Shown here: in pieces, positions 29,041-43,825 of the stretch
How positions within the stretch are numbered: the stretch's first letter is position 1
Layout of the letters: each line of letters opens with the position of its first letter
From: Auanema rhodensis
Lineage: Eukaryota; Animalia; Nematoda
Direction: 5' to 3'
Assembly: GCA_964057225.1 (NCBI GenBank)
Contig: CAXKVF010000073.1
Coordinates: 992,001-1,056,000 of the forward strand
Length of the DNA: 64,000 nt
Made by a program: the position numbers and the translations under genes
Notes under the pieces: generated by a model
What the model was told of the DNA's origin: nothing
Databases searched by the model: none
What the model saw: only the letters and a program-made list of their open reading frames with translations

Positions 29041-31504
29041 TTAGCATAAATTAAAGTTCACGTAAAATTCAAAGTCATGGTTACCATGAACCAATATCAA
29101 TAAAAATTTGTTTTTAGACTAATATGGACATGGGGAATCTAATTTTGAAAACCGCATCTCTTTATCTTTCACGTGAAGCGAGTTACATACCAAGTGCACA
29201 TCACGTGTACATTTAATTAGCATAAATTAAAGTTCACGTAAATTTCAAAGTCATGGTTACCATGAACCAATATCAATAAAAATTTGTTTTTAGACTAATA
29301 TGGACATGGGGAATCTAATTTTGAAAACCGCATCTCTTTATCTTTCACGTGAAGCGAGTTACATACCAAGTGCACATCACGTGTACATTTAATTAGCATA
29401 AATTAAAGTTCACGTAAATTTCAAAGTCATGGTTACCATGAACCAATATCAATAAAAATTTGTTTTTAGACTAATATGGACATGGGGAATCTAATTTTGA
29501 AAACCGCATCTCTTTATCTTTCACGTGAAGCGAGTTACATACCAAGTGCACATCACGTGTACATTTAATTAGCATAAATTAGAGTTCACGTAAATTTCAA
29601 AGTCATGGTTACCATGAACCAATATCAATAAAAATTTGTTTTTAGACTAATATGGACATGGGGAATCTAATTTTGAAAACCGCATCTCTTTATCTTTCAC
29701 GTGAAGCGAGTTACATACCAAGTGCACATCACGTGTACATTTAATTAGCATAAATTAAAGTTCACGTAAAATTCAAAGTCATGGTTACCATGAACCAATA
29801 TCAATAAAAATTTGTTTTTAGACTAATATGGACATGGGGAATCTAATTTTGAAAACCGCATCTTTTTATCTTTCACGTGTAGCGAGTTACATACCAAGTG
29901 CACATCACGTGTTCATTTAATTAGCATAAATTAAAGTTCACGTAAATTTCAAAGTCATGGTTACCATGAACCAATATCAATAAAAATTTGTTTTTAGACT
30001 AATATGGACATGGGGAATCTAATTTCGAAAACCGCATCTCTTCATCTTTCACGTGAAGCGAGTTACATACCAAGTGCACATCACGTGTACATTTAATTAG
30101 CATAAATTAAAGTTCACGTAAATTTCAAAGTCATGGTTACCATGAACCAATATCAATAAAAATTTGTTTTTAGACTAATATGGACATGGGGAATCTAATT
30201 TTGAAAACCCCATCTCTTTATCTTTCACGTGAAGCGAGTTACATACCAAGTGCACATCACGTGTACATTTAATTAGCATAAATTAAAGTTCACGTAAATT
30301 TCAAAGTCATGGTTACCATGCACCAATATCAATAAAAATTTGTTTTTAGACTAATATGGACATGGGCAATCTAATTTTGAAAACCGCATCTCTTTATCTT
30401 TCACTTGAAGCGAGTTACATACCAAGTGCACATCACGTGTACATTTAATTAGCATAAATTAAAGTTCACGTAAAATTCAAAGTCATGGTTACCATGAACC
30501 AATATCAATAAAAATTTGTTTTTAGACTAATATGGACATGGGGAATCTAATTTTGAAAACCGCATCTCTTTATCTTTCACGTGAAGCGAGTTACATACCA
30601 AGTGCACATCACGTGTACATTTAATTAGCATAAATTAAAGTTCACGTAAATTTCAAAGTCATGGTTACCATGAACCAATATCAATAAAAATTTGTTTTTA
30701 GACTAATATGGACATGGGGAATCTAATTTTGAAAACCGCATCTCTTTATCTTTCACGTGAAGCGAGTTACATACCAAGTGCACATCACGTGTACATTTAA
30801 TTAGCATAAATTAAAGTTCACGTAAATTTCAAAGTCATGGTTACCATGAACCAATATCAATAAAAATTTGTTTTTAGACTAATATGGACATGGGGAATCT
30901 AATTTTGAAAACCGCATCTCTTTATCTTTCACGTGAAGCGAGTTACATACCAAGTGCACATCACGTGTACATTTAATTAGCATAAATTAGAGTTCACGTA
31001 AATTTCAAAGTCATGGTTACCATGAACCAATATCAATAAAAATTTGTTTTTAGACTAATATGGACATGGGGAATCTAATTTTGAAAACCGCATCTCTTTA
31101 TCTTTCACGTGAAGCGAGTTACATACCAAGTGCACATCACGTGTACATTTAATTAGCATAAATTAAAGTTCACGTAAAATTCAAAGTCATGGTTACCATG
31201 AACCAATATCAATAAAAATTCGTTTTTAGACTAATATGGACATGGGGAATCTAATTTTGAAAACCGCATCTTTTTATCTTTCACGTGTAGCGAGTTACAT
31301 ACCAAGTGCACATCACGTGTTCATTTAATTAGCATAAATTAAAGTTCACGTAAATTTCAAAGTCATGGTTAACATGAACCAATATCAATAAAAATTTGTT
31401 TTTAGACTAATATGGACATGGGGAATCTAATTTCGAAAACCGCATCTCTTCATCTTTCACGTGAAGCGAGTTACATACCAAGTGCACATCACGTGTACAT
31501 TTAA
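29041..31504. repeat. Block repeated at an 8-monomer (1408 bp) offset
   Basis: T27A monomer 29041/30449, ATTAGAG monomer 29569/30977, marker monomer 29745/31153, T106C+T123C monomer 29921/31329. Confidence 0.75.
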
Positions 31505-32912
31505 TTAGCATAAATTAAAGTTCACGTAAAATTCAAAGTCATGGTTACCATGCACCAATATCAATAAAAATTTGTTTTTGGACTAATATGGACATGGGGA
31601 ATCTAATTTTGAAAACCGCATCTCTTTATCTTTCACGTGAAGCGAGTTACATACCAAGTGCACATCACGTGTACATTTAATTAGCATAAATTAAAGTTCA
31701 CGTAAATTTCAAAGTCATGGTTACCATGAACCAATATCAATAAAAATTTGTTTTTAGACTAATATGGACATGGGGAATCTAATTTTGAAAACCGCATCTC
31801 TTTATCTTTCACGTGAAGCGAGTTACATACCAAGTGCACATCACGTGTACATTTAATTAGCATAAATTAAAGTTCACGTAAATTTCAAAGTCATGGTTAC
31901 CATGAACCAATATCAATAAAAATTTGTTTTTAGACTAATATGGACATGGGGAATCTAATTTTGAAAACCCCATCTCTTTATCTTTCACGTGAAGCGAGTT
32001 ACATACCAAGTGCACATCACGTGTACATTTAATTAGCATAAATTAAAGTTCACGTAAATTTCAAAGTCATGGTTACCATGAACCAATATCAATAAAAATT
32101 TGTTTTTAGACTAATATGGACATGGGGAATCTAATTTTGAAAACCGCATCTCTTTATCTTTCACGTGAAGCGAGTTACATACCAAGTGCACATCACGTGT
32201 ACATTTAATTAGCATAAATTAAAGTTCACGTATATTTCAAAGTCATGGTTACCATGAACTAATATCAATAAAAATTTGTTTTTAGACTAATATGGACATG
32301 AGGAATCTAATTTTGAAAACCGCATCTCTTTATCTTTCACGTGAAGCGAGTTACATACCAAGTGCACATCATGTGTACATTTAATTAGCATAAATTAAAG
32401 TTCACGTAAATTTCAAAGTCATGGTTACCATGCACCAATATCAATAAAAATTTGTTTTTAGACTAATATGGACATGGGGAATCTAATTTTGAAAACCGCA
32501 TCTCTTTATCTTTCACGTGAAGCGAGTTACATACCAAGTGCACATCACGTGTACATTTAATTAGCATAAATTAAAGTTCACGTAAATTTCAAAGTCATGG
32601 TTACCATGAACCAATATCAATAAAAATTTGTTTTTAGACTAATATGGACATGGGGAATCTAATTTTGAAAACCGCATCTCTTTATCTTTCACGTGAAGCG
32701 AGTTACATACCAAGTGCACATCACGTGTACATTTAATTAGCATAAATTAAAGTTCACGTAAATTTCAAAGTCATGGTTACCATGAACCAATATCAATAAA
32801 AATTTGTTTTTAGACTAATATGGACATGGGGAATCTAATTTTGAAAACTCCATCTCTTTATCTTTCACGTGAAGCGAGTTACATACCAAGTGCACATCAC
32901 GTGTACATTTAA

Positions 32913-35900
32913 TTAGCATAAATTAAAGTTCACGTAAATTTCAAAGTCATGGTTACCATGAACCAATATCAATAAAAATTTGTTTTTAGACTAATATGGA
33001 CATGAGGAATCTAATTTTGAAAACCGCATCTCTTTATCTTTCACGTGAAGCGAGTTACATACCAAGTGCACATCATGTGTTCATTTAATTAGCATAAATT
33101 AAAGTTCACGTAAATTTCAAAGTCATGGTTACCATGCACCAATATCAATAAAAATTTGTTTTTAGACTAATATGGACATGGGGAATCTAATTTTGAAAAC
33201 CGCATCTCTTTATCTTTCACGTGAAGCGAGTTACATACCAAGTGCACATCACGTGTACATTTAATTAGCATAAATTAAAGTTCACGTAAATTTCAAAGTC
33301 ATGGTTACCATGAACCAATATCAATAAAAATTTGTTTTTAGACTAATATGGACATGGGGAATCTAATTTTGAAAACCGCATCTCTTTATCTTTCACGTGA
33401 AGCGAGTTACATACCAAGTGCACATCACGTGTACATTTAATTAGCATAAATTAAAGTTCACGTAAATTTCAAAGTCATGGTTACCATGAACCAATATCAA
33501 TAAAAATTTGTTTTTAGACTAATATGGACATGGGGAATCTAATTTTGACAACCGCATCTCTTTATCTTTCACGTGAAGCGAGTTACATACCAAGTGCACA
33601 TCACGTGTACATTTAATTAGCATAAATTAAAGTTCACGTAAATTTCAAAGTCATGGTTACCATGAACCAATATCAATAAAAATTTGTTTTTAGACTAATA
33701 TGGACATGGGGAATCTAATTTTGAAAACCGCATCTCTTTATCTTTCACGTGAAGCGAGTTACATACCAAGTGCACATCACGTGTACATTTAATTAGCATA
33801 AATTAAAGTTCACGTAAATTTCAAAGTCATGGTTACCATGAACCAATATCAATAAAAATTTGTTTTTAGACTAATATGGACATGGGGAATCTAATTTTGA
33901 AAACCGCATCTCTTTATCTTTCACGTGAAACGAGTTACATACCAAGTGCACATCACGTGTACATTTAATTAGCATAAATTAAAGTTCACGTAAATTTCAA
34001 AGTCATGGTTACCATGAACCAATATCAATAAAAATTTGTTTTTAGACTAATATGGACATGGGGAATCTAATTTTGAAAACCCCATCTCTTTATCTTTCAC
34101 GTGAAGCGAGTTACATACCAAGTGCACATCACGTGTACATTTAATTAGCATAAATTAAAGTTCACGTAAATTTCAAAGTCATGGTTACCATGCACCAATA
34201 TCAATAAAAATTTGTTTTTAGACTAATATGGACATGGGCAATCTAATTTTGAAAACCGCATCTCTTTATCTTTCACGTGAAGCGAGTTACATACCAAGTG
34301 CACATCACGTGTACATTTAATTAGCATAAATTAAAGTTCACGTAAAATTCAAAGTCATGGTTACCATGAACCAATATCAATAAAAATTTGTTTTTAGACT
34401 AATATGGACATGGGGAATCTAATTTTGAAAACCGCATCTCTTTATCTTTCACGTGAAGCGAGTTACATACCAAGTGCACATCACGTGTACATTTAATTAG
34501 CATAAATTAAAGTTCACGTAAATTTCAAAGTCATGGTTACCATGAACCAATATCAATAAAAATTTGTTTTTAGACTAATATGGACATTGGGGAATCTAAT
34601 TTTGAAAACCGCATCTCTTTATCTTTCACGTGAAGCGAGTTACATACCAAGTGCACATCACGTGTACATTTAATTAGCATAAATTAAAGTTCACGTAAAT
34701 TTCAAAGTCATGGTTACCATGAACCAATATCAATAAAAATTTGTTTTTAGACTAATATGGACATGGGGAATCTAATTTTGAAAACCGCATCTCTTTATCT
34801 TTCACGTGAAGCGAGTTGCATACCAAGTGCACATCACGTGTACATTTAATTAGCATAAATTAAAGTTCACGTAAATTTCAAAGTCATGGTTACCATGAAC
34901 CAATATCAATAAAAATTTGTTTTTAGACTAATATGGACATGAGGAATCTAATTTTGAAAACCGCATCTCTTTATCTTTCACGTGAAGCGAGTTACATACC
35001 AAGTGCACATCATGTGTTCATTTAATTAGCATAAATTAAAGTTCACGTAAATTTCAAAGTCATGGTTACCATGCACCAATATCAATAAAAATTTGTTTTT
35101 AGACTAATATGGACATGGGGAATCTAATTTTGAAAACCGCATCTCTTTATCTTTCACGTGAAGCGAGTTACATACCAAGTGCACATCACGTGTACATTTA
35201 ATTAGCATAAATTAAAGTTCACGTAAATTTCAAAGTCATGGTTACCATGAACCAATATCAATAAAAATTTGTTTTTAGACTAATATGGACATGGGGAATC
35301 TAATTTTGAAAACCGCATCTCTTTATCTTTCACGTGAAGCGAGTTACATACCAAGTGCACATCACGTGTACATTTAATTAGCATAAATTAAAGTTCACGT
35401 AAATTTCAAAGTCATGGTTACCATGAACCAATATCAATAAAAATTTGTTTTTAGACTAATATGGACATGGGGAATCTAATTTTGACAACCGCATCTCTTT
35501 ATCTTTCACGTGAAGCGAGTTACATACCAAGTGCACATCACGTGTACATTTAATTAGCATAAATTAAAGTTCACGTAAATTTCAAAGTCATGGTTACCAT
35601 GAACCAATATCAATAAAAATTTGTTTTTAGACTAATATGGACATGGGGAATCTAATTTTGAAAACCGCATCTCTTTATCTTTCACGTGAAGCGAGTTACA
35701 TACCAAGTGCACATCACGTGTACATTTAATTAGCATAAATTAAAGTTCACGTAAATTTCAAAGTCATGGTTACCATGAACCAATATCAATAAAAATTTGT
35801 TTTTAGACTAATATGGACATGGGGAATCTAATTTTGAAAACCGCATCTCTTTATCTTTCACGTGAAACGAGTTACATACCAAGTGCACATCACGTGTACA

Positions 35901-36785
35901 TTTAATTAGCATAAATTAAAGTTCACGTAAATTTCAAAGTCATGGTTACCATGAACCAATATCAATAAAAATTTGTTTTTAGACTAATATGGACATGGGG
36001 AATCTAATTTTGAAAACCCCATCTCTTTATCTTTCACGTGAAGCGAGTTACATACCAAGTGCACATCACGTGTACATTTAATTAGCATAAATTAAAGTTC
36101 ACGTAAATTTCAAAGTCATGGTTACCATGCACCAATATCAATAAAAATTTGTTTTTAGACTAATATGGACATGGGCAATCTAATTTTGAAAACCGCATCT
36201 CTTTATCTTTCACGTGAAGCGAGTTACATACCAAGTGCACATCACGTGTACATTTAATTAGCATAAATTAAAGTTCACGTAAAATTCAAAGTCATGGTTA
36301 CCATGAACCAATATCAATAAAAATTTGTTTTTAGACTAATATGGACATGGGGAATCTAATTTTGAAAACCGCATCTCTTTATCTTTCACGTGAAGCGAGT
36401 TACATACCAAGTGCACATCACGTGTACATTTAATTAGCATAAATTAAAGTTCACGTAAATTTCAAAGTCATGGTTACCATGAACCAATATCAATAAAAAT
36501 TTGTTTTTAGACTAATATGGACATGGGGAATCTAATTTTGAAAACCGCATCTCTTTATCTTTCACGTGAAGCGAGTTACATACCAAGTGCACATCACGTG
36601 TACATTTAATTAGCATAAATTAAAGTTCACGTAAATTTCAAAGTCATGGTTACCATGAACCAATATCAATAAAAATTTGTTTTTAGACTAATATGGACAT
36701 GGGGAATCTAATTTTGAAAACCGCATCTCTTTATCTTTCACGTGAAGCGAGTTACATACCAAGTGCACATCACGTGTACATTTAA
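32913..36785. repeat. 11-mer HOR (1936/1937 bp x2)
   Basis: Offset 1937 pairs: G93A+CATGTGTTCA monomer 32913/34850, GACAACC ~33549/35486, GTGAAACG 33930/35867, G114C 34082/36019, G95C 34239/36176, T27A 34347/36284. Confidence 0.9.
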
Positions 36786-37489
36786 TTAGCATAAATTAAA
36801 GTTCACGTAAATTTCAAAGTCATGGTTACCATGAACCAATATCAATAAAAATTTTTTTTTAGACTAATATGGACATGGGGAATCTAATTTTGAAAACCGC
36901 ATCTCTTTATCTTTCACGTGAAGCGAGTTACATACCAAGTGCACATCACGAGTACATTTAATTAGCATAAATTAAAGTTCACGTAAAATTCAAAGTCATG
37001 GTTACCATGAACCAATATCAATAAAAATTTGTTTTTAGACTAATATGGACATGGGGAATCTAATTTTGAAAACCGCATCTTTTTATCTTTCACGTGTAGC
37101 GAGTTACATACCAAGTGCACATCACGTGTTCATTTAATTAGCATAAATTAAAGTTCACGTAAATTTCAAAGTCATGGTTACCATGAACCAATATCAATAA
37201 AAATTTGTTTTTAGACTAATATGGACATGGGGAATCTAATTTCGAAAACCGCATCTTTTCATCTTTCACGTGAAGCGAGTTACATACCAAGTGCACATCA
37301 CGTGTACATTTAATTAGCATAAATTAAAGTTCACGTAAATTTCAAAGTCATGGTTACCATGCACCAATATCAATAAAAATTTGTTTTTGGACTAATATGG
37401 ACATGGGGAATCTAATTTTGAAAACCGCATCTCTTTATCTTTCACGTGAAGCGAGTTACATACCAAGTGCACATCACGTGTACATTCAA

Positions 37490-40400
37490 TTAGCATAAAT
37501 TAAAGTTCACGTAAATTTCAAAGTCATGGTTACCATGAACCAATATCAATAAAAATTTGTTTTTAGACTAATATGGACATGGGGAATCTAATTTTGAAAA
37601 CCGCATCTCTTTATCTTTCACGTGAAGCGAGTTACATACCAAGTGCACATCACGTGTACATTTAATTAGCATAAATTAAAGTTCACGTAAATTTCAAAGT
37701 CATGGTTACCATGAACCAATATCAATAAAAATTTGTTTTTAGACTAATATGGACATGGGGAATCTAATTTTGAAAACCGCATCTCTTCATCTTTCACGTG
37801 AAGCGAGTTACATACCAAGTGCACATCACGTGTACATTTAATTAGCATAAATTAAAGTTCACGTAAATTTCAAAGTCATGGTTACCATGCACCAATATCA
37901 ATAAAAATTTGTTTTTAGACTAATATGGACATGGGGAATCTAATTTTGAATACCGCATCTCTTTATCTTTCACGTGAAGCGAGTTACATACCAAGTGCAC
38001 ATCACGTGTACATTTAATTAGCATAAATTAAAGTTCACGTAAATTTCAAAGTCATGGTTACCATGAACCAATATCAATAAAAATTTGTTTTTAGACTAAT
38101 ATGGACATGGGGAATCTAATTTTGAAAACCGCATCTCTTTATCTTTCACGTGAAGCGAGTTACATACCAAGTGCACATCACGTGTACATTTAATTAGCAT
38201 AAATTAAAGTTCACGTAAATTTCAAAGTCATGGTTACCATGAACCAATATCAATAAAAATTTGTTTTTAGACTAATATGGACATGGGGAATCTAATTTTG
38301 AAAACCGCATCTCTTTATCTTTCACGTGAAGCGAGTTACATACCAAGTGCACATCACGTGTACATTTAATTAGCATAAATTAAAGTTCACGTAAATTTCA
38401 AAGTCATGGTTACCATGAACCAATATCAATAAAAATTTGTTTTCAGACTAATATGGACATGGGGAATCTAATTTTGAAAACCGCATCTCTTTATCTTTCA
38501 CGTGAAGCGAGTTACATACCAAGTGCACATCACGTGTACATTTAATTAGCATAAATTAAAGTTCACGTATATTTCAAAGTCATGGTTACCATGAACTAAT
38601 ATCAATAAAAATTTGTTTTTAGACTAATATGGACATGAGGAATCTAATTTTGAAAACCGCATCTCTTCATCTTTCACGTGAAGCGAGTTACATACCAAGT
38701 GCACATCATGTGTACATTTAATTAGCATAAATTAAAGTTCACGTAAATTTCAAAGTCATGGTTACCATGCACCAATATCAATAAAAATTTGTTTTTAGAC
38801 TAATATGGACATGGGGAATCTAATTTTGAAAACCGCATCTCTTTATCTTTCACGTGAAGCGAGTTACATACCAAGTGCACATCACGTGTACATTTAATTA
38901 GCATAAATTAAAGTTCACGTAAATTTCAAAGTCATGGTTACCATGAACCAATATCAATAAAAATTTGTTTTTAGACTAATATGGACATGGGGAATCTAAT
39001 TTTGAAAACCGCATCTCTTTATCTTTCACGTGAAGCGAGTTACATACCAAGTGCACATCACGTGTACATTTAATTAGCATAAATTAAAGTTCACGTAAAT
39101 TTTAAAGTCATGGTTACCATGAACCAATATCAATAAAAATTTGTTTTTAGACTAATATGGACATGGGGAATCTAATTTTGACAACCGCATCTCTTTATCT
39201 TTCACGTGAAGCGAGTTACATACCAAGTGCACATCACGTGTACATTTAATTAGCATAAATTAAAGTTCACGTAAATTTCAAAGTCATGGTTACCATGAAC
39301 CAATATCAATAAAAATTTGTTTTTAGACTAATATGGACATGGGGAATCTAATTTTGAAAACCGCATCTCTTTATCTTTCACGTGAAGCGAGTTACATACC
39401 AAGTGCACATCACGTGTACATTTAATTAGCATAAATTAAAGTTCACGTAAATTTCAAAGTCATGGTTACCATGCACCAATATCAATAAAAATTTGTTTTT
39501 AGACTAATATGGACATGGGGAATCTAATTTTGAAAACCGCATCTCTTTATCTTTCACGTGAAGCGAGTTACATACCAAGTGCACATCACGTGTACATTTA
39601 ATTAGCATAAATTAAAGTTCACGTAAATTTCAAAGTCATGGTTACCATGAAGCAATATCAATAAAAATTTGTTTTTAGACTAATATGGACATGGGGAATC
39701 TAATTTTGAAAACCGCATCTCTTTATCTTTCACGTGAAGCGAGTTACATACCAAGTGCACATCACGTGTACATTTAATTAGCATAAATTAAAGTTCACGT
39801 AAATTTCAAAGTCATGGTTACCATGAACCAATATTAATAAAAATTTGTTTTTAGACTAATATGGACATGGGGAATCTAATTTTGAAAACCGCATCTCTTT
39901 ATCTTTCACGTGAAGCGAGTTACATACCAAGTGCACATCACGTGTACATTCAATTAGCATAAATTAAAGTTCACGTAAATTTCAAAGTCATGGTTACCAT
40001 GAACCAATATCAATAAAAATTTGTTTTTAGACTAATATGGACATGGGGAATCTAATTTTGAAAACCGCATCTCTTTATCTTTCACGTGAAGCGAGTTACA
40101 TACCAAGTGCACATCACGTGTACATTTAATTAGCATAAATTAAAGTTCACGTAAATTTCAAAGTCATGGTTACCATGAACCAATATCAATAAAAATTTGT
40201 TTTTAGACTAATATGGACATGGGGAATCTAATTTTGAAAACCGCATCTCTTCATCTTTCACGTGAAGCGAGTTACATACCAAGTGCACATCACGTGTACA
40301 TTTAATTAGCATAAATTAAAGTTCACGTAAATTTCAAAGTCATGGTTACCATGCACCAATATCAATAAAAATTTGTTTTTAGACTAATATGGACATGGGG

Positions 40401-42417
40401 AATCTAATTTTGAATACCGCATCTCTTTATCTTTCACGTGAAGCGAGTTACATACCAAGTGCACATCACGTGTACATTTAATTAGCATAAATTAAAGTTC
40501 ACGTAAATTTCAAAGTCATGGTTACCATGAACCAATATCAATAAAAATTTGTTTTTAGACTAATATGGACATGGGGAATCTAATTTTGAAAACCGCATCT
40601 CTTCATCTTTCACGTGAAGCGAGTTACATACCAAGTGCACATCACGTGTACATTTAATTAGCATAAATTAAAGTTCACGTAAATTTCAAAGTCATGGTTA
40701 CCATGAACCAATATCAATAAAAATTTGTTTTTAGACTAATATGGACATGGGGAATCTAATTTTGAAAACCGCATCTCTTTATCTTTCACGTGAAGCGAGT
40801 TACATACCAAGTGCACATCACGTGTACATTTAATTAGCATAAATTAAAGTTCACGTAAATTTCAAAGTCATGGTTACCATGAACCAATATCAATAAAAAT
40901 TTGTTTTCAGACTAATATGGACATGGGGAATCTAATTTTGAAAACCGCATCTCTTTATCTTTCACGTGAAGCGAGTTACATACCAAGTGCACATCACGTG
41001 TACATTTAATTAGCATAAATTAAAGTTCACGTATATTTCAAAGTCATGGTTACCATGAACTAATATCAATAAAAATTTGTTTTTAGACTAATATGGACAT
41101 GAGGAATCTAATTTTGAAAACCGCATCTCTTCATCTTTCACGTGAAGCGAGTTACATACCAAGTGCACATCATGTGTACATTTAATTAGCATAAATTAAA
41201 GTTCACGTAAATTTCAAAGTCATGGTTACCATGCACCAATATCAATAAAAATTTGTTTTTAGACTAATATGGACATGGGGAATCTAATTTTGAAAACCGC
41301 ATCTCTTTATCTTTCACGTGAAGCGAGTTACATACCAAGTGCACATCACGTGTACATTTAATTAGCATAAATTAAAGTTCACGTAAATTTCAAAGTCATG
41401 GTTACCATGAACCAATATCAATAAAAATTTGTTTTTAGACTAATATGGACATGGGGAATCTAATTTTGAAAACCGCATCTCTTTATCTTTCACGTGAAGC
41501 GAGTTACATACCAAGTGCACATCACGTGTACATTTAATTAGCATAAATTAAAGTTCACGTAAATTTTAAAGTCATGGTTACCATGAACCAATATCAATAA
41601 AAATTTGTTTTTAGACTAATATGGACATGGGGAATCTAATTTTGACAACCGCATCTCTTTATCTTTCACGTGAAGCGAGTTACATACCAAGTGCACATCA
41701 CGTGTACATTTAATTAGCATAAATTAAAGTTCACGTAAATTTCAAAGTCATGGTTACCATGAACCAATATCAATAAAAATTTGTTTTTAGACTAATATGG
41801 ACATGGGGAATCTAATTTTGAAAACCGCATCTCTTTATCTTTCACGTGAAGCGAGTTACATACCAAGTGCACATCACGTGTACATTTAATTAGCATAAAT
41901 TAAAGTTCACGTAAATTTCAAAGTCATGGTTACCATGCACCAATATCAATAAAAATTTGTTTTTAGACTAATATGGACATGGGGAATCTAATTTTGAAAA
42001 CCGCATCTCTTTATCTTTCACGTGAAGCGAGTTACATACCAAGTGCACATCACGTGTACATTTAATTAGCATAAATTAAAGTTCACGTAAATTTCAAAGT
42101 CATGGTTACCATGAAGCAATATCAATAAAAATTTGTTTTTAGACTAATATGGACATGGGGAATCTAATTTTGAAAACCGCATCTCTTTATCTTTCACGTG
42201 AAGCGAGTTACATACCAAGTGCACATCACGTGTACATTTAATTAGCATAAATTAAAGTTCACGTAAATTTCAAAGTCATGGTTACCATGAACCAATATTA
42301 ATAAAAATTTGTTTTTAGACTAATATGGACATGGGGAATCTAATTTTGAAAACCGCATCTCTTTATCTTTCACGTGAAGCGAGTTACATACCAAGTGCAC
42401 ATCACGTGTACATTTAA
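37490..42417. repeat. 14-mer HOR (2464 bp x2)
   Basis: Offset 2464 pairs: ATTCAAT 37487/39951, GAATACC 37951/40415, TTTCAG 38444/40908, five-variant monomer 38546/41010, C30T 39103/41567, ATATTAA 39835/42299. Confidence 0.92.
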
Positions 42418-43825
42418 TTAGCATAAATTAAAGTTCACGTAAATTTCAAAGTCATGGTTACCATGAACCAATATCAATAAAAATTTGTTTTTAGACTAAT
42501 ATGGGCATGGGGAATCTAATTTTGAAAACCGCATCTCTTTATCTTTCACGTGAAGCGAGTTACATACCAAGTGCACATCACGTGTACATTTAATTAGCAT
42601 AAATTAAAGTTCACGTAAATTTCAAAGTCATGGTTACCATGAACCAATATCAATAAAAATTTGTTTTTAGACTAATATGGACATGGGGAATCTAATTTTG
42701 AAAACCGCATCTCTTTATCTTTCACGTGAAGCGAGTTACATACCAAGTGCACATCACGTGTACATTTAATTAGCATAAATTAAAGTTCACGTAAATTTTA
42801 AAGTCATGGTTACCATGAACCAATATCAATAAAAATTTGTTTTTAGACTAATATGGACATGGGGAATCTAATTTTGACAACCGCATCTCTTTATCTTTCA
42901 CGTGAAGCGAGTTACATACCAAGTGCACATCACGTGTACATTTAATTAGCATAAATTAAAGTTCACGTAAATTTCAAAGTCATGGTTACCATGAACCAAT
43001 ATCAATAAAAATTTGTTTTTAGACTAATATGGACATGGGGAATCTAATTTTGAAAACCGCATCTCTTTATCTTTCACGTGAAGCGAGTTACATACCAAGT
43101 GCACATCACGTGTACATTTAATTAGCATAAATTAAAGTTCACGTAAATTTCAAAGTCATGGTTACCATGCACCAATATCAATAAAAATTTGTTTTTAGAC
43201 TAATATGGACATGGGGAATCTAATTTTGAAAACCGCATCTCTTTATCTTTCACGTGAAGCGAGTTACATACCAAGTGCACATCACGTGTACATTTAATTA
43301 GCATAAATTAAAGTTCACGTAAATTTCAAAGTCATGGTTACCATGAAGCAATATCAATAAAAATTTGTTTTTAGACTAATATGGACATGGGGAATCTAAT
43401 TTTGAAAACCGCATCTCTTTATCTTTCACGTGAAGCGAGTTACATACCAAGTGCACATCACGTGTACATTTAATTAGCATAAATTAAAGTTCACGTAAAT
43501 TTCAAAGTCATGGTTACCATGAACCAATATTAATAAAAATTTGTTTTTAGACTAATATGGACATGGGGAATCTAATTTTGAAAACCGCATCTCTTTATCT
43601 TTCACGTGAAGCGAGTTACATACCAAGTGCACATCACGTGTACATTTAATTAGCATAAATTAAAGTTCACGTAAATTTCAAAGTCATGGTTACCATGAAC
43701 CAATATCAATAAAAATTTGTTTTTAGACTAATATGGGCATGGGGAATCTAATTTTGAAAACCGCATCTCTTTATCTTTCACGTGAAGCGAGTTACATACC
43801 AAGTGCACATCACGTGTACATTTAA
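41362..43825. repeat. 7-mer HOR (1232 bp x2) overlapping the end of the 14-mer
   Basis: C30T+A109C 41567/42799, C58T 42299/43531, A88G (TGGGCAT) 42505/43737. Confidence 0.88.
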
